A stretch of DNA of 30,048 nucleotides, from positions 1 to 30,048 of IMG/VR virus record IMGVR_UViG_3300033407_000089; one strand, written 5' to 3'. Made by a program: the position numbers and the translations under genes. The notes under the pieces were generated by a model that ran no database searches, had not been told where the DNA came from, and worked only from the letters and a program-made list of their open reading frames with translations. The stretch comes from a virus (lineage: Duplodnaviria; Caudoviricetes). The stretch's first letter is position 1. Each line of letters starts with the position of its first letter. This document shows positions 28,125-30,048 of the stretch, one piece after another.

Positions 28125-28153
28125 ATTGTAAGACATACTTGAGTCTAGCACAA
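28125..28153 (-). promoter_or_regulatory. Sigma70-type promoter P1
   Basis: -35 TTGTGC (28153-28148), 17-bp spacer, -10 TACAAT (28130-28125). The predicted +1 is A28118, the first base of the 5' hairpin. Confidence 0.6.
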
Positions 28154-28169
28154 GGTTTCTAGGTTGGGA

Positions 28170-28201
28170 GAAACAGGTCGGCAAAATTACCGACCTGTTT
28201 C
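28170..28201 (-). terminator. Terminator-like hairpin after parB
   Basis: Perfect 12-bp stem gaaacaggtcgg/ccgacctgtttc beginning 4 nt after the parB stop. Confidence 0.8.
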
Positions 28202-28204
28202 AAT

Positions 28205-29401
28205 CTACTTGAGCGATTCCTTGAGCAGCGCAAGGTTGCGAATCGCAAGGTCAATGTCCTCTAACAGCTTTTGCCTTACCGAATCATCAACATTATATGC
28301 ACCTTGTCGCATCTTGGTTATGTTACGAAGGGCACGTGATGCTGGACCTGTCAGGATCGAGTCGCCTTGTTGCCACACGGGACGGCGTAACTTTCGCGCA
28401 TTCTCACCTTTGTCTACCGTAGAAATTTCTACGGTATAACCAGCAGCAACGTTTGCCAACTCAATTAAGGTCGAGTTGTCGCCCCTTGACTCTTGTACTA
28501 AGCCTTTGACAACACCATGCGACCAATTAAAATCGTCGGCAATCTGCCATACCTCGTCGGGCAACCTAAGCAGTGCTCGATACTCCCGAATCATCTGCGT
28601 ACTTGACAAACCCGTTGCTTGTAGCAAATCTTCACCCTTGCCTCGCGGAATTCGCCACTTGTTGCCATCCGACACCTGTGCATAAAATTCTCGATCCGAG
28701 CCGTCGGCACTCACCGCCTCATGATAAGGTTTAAAGTTATCACGACCGATTAGCTCCATAATTAGAATAGCGAGCTGGCGTGCCTTGCCAATCGCATTGA
28801 GGTCATTACGAGCCGTGTTCTCGGTCGCTTGCCGCCAGATGTCGTGTTGTGGAACCTCGCGGGCTGGTATCCGCAGCCAGTCGTTGCCGCCATACCAGAA
28901 GTTGAGCAAGTGGTAGGCGAACCAGCGCCGCTCGCCCGTCTCAAGTTGATACAACTCACCATCCGGGACAACGGTGATCGGGTTGGTCAACCCTTGCCGA
29001 TGAATAGACGAAGCAAGTTGTATCAGCCCAAGTAGAACCGTTTCAAATGGGCCACACTCGTATTCATCATCCCGAATGTCCGTGCCGGCATTCATGAAGC
29101 TACCGAGATCAAAGTTGCTGCCGCGCTCACCGCCGATCAGTTGTATCCAGTAATCGAATATATCCGACAACGTTTCAGGGTTGCCATTCCACTGAGCGCG
29201 TATCACCGACGGCAATACCCGTCGCGGCTGAGATCGATCCGGGACAATCGCAAAAATATCCACTGGCTCGACCGCAATGTACCCGGCAGATGCTTGCTCA
29301 ATCTGATCCATGATACCACTGCTGTAGATTTTCTTATCAGTCTCTCGTAGCGTATCGCCTTCTTCATCCCGTTTAGCATACCGGTTACGCTTGCTGCTCA
29401 T
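28205..29401 (-). CDS. parB: ParB-family partition protein (CTPase)
   Basis: 'SQPRR', 'LASSIHRQGLTNPITV', arginine patch 'ETGERRW' and 'ENTARNDL'. Coupled to parA by ATGA. Confidence 0.9.
   Translation of the reverse strand: MSSKRNRYAKRDEEGDTLRETDKKIYSSGIMDQIEQASAGYIAVEPVDIFAIVPDRSQPRRVLPSVIRAQWNGNPETLSDIFDYWIQLIGGERGSNFDLGSFMNAGTDIRDDEYECGPFETVLLGLIQLASSIHRQGLTNPITVVPDGELYQLETGERRWFAYHLLNFWYGGNDWLRIPAREVPQHDIWRQATENTARNDLNAIGKARQLAILIMELIGRDNFKPYHEAVSADGSDREFYAQVSDGNKWRIPRGKGEDLLQATGLSSTQMIREYRALLRLPDEVWQIADDFNWSHGVVKGLVQESRGDNSTLIELANVAAGYTVEISTVDKGENARKLRRPVWQQGDSILTGPASRALRNITKMRQGAYNVDDSVRQKLLEDIDLAIRNLALLKESLK
28415..28436. promoter_or_regulatory. Perfect 22-bp palindrome within parB, candidate parS
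   Basis: taccgtagaaa|tttctacggta is fully self-complementary. The parS role is inferred. Confidence 0.55.
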
Positions 29402-30048
29402 CCCAGCATCCTTTCAACCGTATCTACCACTGGCTCGAACTCGTGCTTAGCGTTGCCCGACGGCTCAAAGACATAAATCGGCTCTTTAAGGAAGGCAGCA
29501 TCGACCCATGCTGTTCTCTCGTGAATAGGCTCAAAAACCAAGTCCCCATAACGTTCTTGGAGTTTTTCAAGCGCGTAGGTATGACCAACTGTGTTGCCTC
29601 GAAACATCGTTGGCAGGATCATCATATGTTGAATTTCACCACCAACTTGCTTCTGCTGAACCTCGCTCGCTTCAACGACATGTTCAATGGTGTCGTCAAG
29701 ACCTTCAAGGCTCCACTCTTCACATTTGGTCGGATAGATCACGTAGTCGGTCGCCATGTAAACCATGCTATCGAGTAACGACGGTGTTGGCGAGGTGTCG
29801 ATGATAACCACGTCGAAAATCGTTCGAACCTCATTCAGTCGCTTTTTCAATCTGAACACATCTGAAATCGTCTCGGCGATATTGCGCGTCTCAACATTCG
29901 ACGGCACAAGGAATAACTCACCAGCATGTGTTTCTTTTCCCTTCATTGTGAACACCTCACGCGGGATCGGAATTAAGATCGATTGCCATGCCATTCGACG
30001 GGCGAGCAGATCGTAGATGCCTGCCGATTTTTGTTGGTCTAGTCCGCG
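29398..30048 (-). CDS. parA: ParA-family partition ATPase, 5'-truncated by the window edge
   Basis: Frame is open to the window end (RGLDQQKSAGIYDLLARRM...). Motifs 'LFLVPSN', Walker B 'DVVIIDTSP', 'ILPTMF' and 'EPIYVFEP'. Confidence 0.92.
   Translation of the reverse strand, partial: RGLDQQKSAGIYDLLARRMAWQSILIPIPREVFTMKGKETHAGELFLVPSNVETRNIAETISDVFRLKKRLNEVRTIFDVVIIDTSPTPSLLDSMVYMATDYVIYPTKCEEWSLEGLDDTIEHVVEASEVQQKQVGGEIQHMMILPTMFRGNTVGHTYALEKLQERYGDLVFEPIHERTAWVDAAFLKEPIYVFEPSGNAKHEFEPVVDTVERMLG

Larger units (their letters stand above)
155..30048 (-). mobile_element. Tailed phage / prophage (siphovirus-like, HK97-type head), probably plasmid-like; extends beyond the window
   Basis: Co-oriented, tightly packed terminase-portal-protease/capsid-connector-tail tube-chaperone-tape measure-tip-holin gene order, plus parAB. 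No sheath gene, integrase or att site recognised in the window. Confidence 0.95.

Noticed and set aside
27909-28184. 91-aa minus-strand ORF
   Set aside because: Starts inside the parB terminator and spans two promoter motifs and a second terminator. No protein-like features; better explained as regulatory DNA/RNA.
27961-28205. CRISPR-repeat-like ends (ctaatgcaac, gtttcaatc) as a mini-array or RNA anti-CRISPR
   Set aside because: Isolated short matches only. No repeated 28-37-bp unit and no spacers.
204-30016. All plus-strand ORFs in the six-frame track
   Set aside because: They are antisense shadows of well-supported minus-strand genes and have no recognisable motifs.

Overview
The window is a contiguous segment of a tailed dsDNA phage or prophage with siphovirus-type architecture, and essentially every real gene is on the minus strand. 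In the direction of transcription (right to left) it contains: a 5'-truncated parA and parB; a ~400-bp regulatory interval; a small hypothetical gene; a beta-class DNA methyltransferase split by a frameshift; small and large terminase; three small genes; a head module (a 1033-aa portal + 2H phosphoesterase + MuF fusion, an HK97 gp10-like gene, a protease-scaffold-major capsid fusion, an HhH protein and a head-tail connector); a non-contractile tail module (tail tube, chaperone with a -1 frameshift, tape measure, tip proteins); and a putative lysis/surface module (TM coiled-coil protein, holin-like protein, SH3 + GH5-like hydrolase, GT87-like membrane glycosyltransferase). The parAB pair and a perfect 22-bp palindrome inside parB suggest a plasmid-like prophage. 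A Chloroflexota-like host is a weak inference from gene-family impressions only. The strongest novelty candidates are (1) a structured ~136-nt RNA bounded by a promoter and terminator (28118-27983) that is complementary in several blocks to the leader of the next operon, suggesting an antisense switch, and (2) a 2H phosphodiesterase built into the portal/MuF virion protein. All protein calls rest on motif recognition and gene order; no database searches were run.
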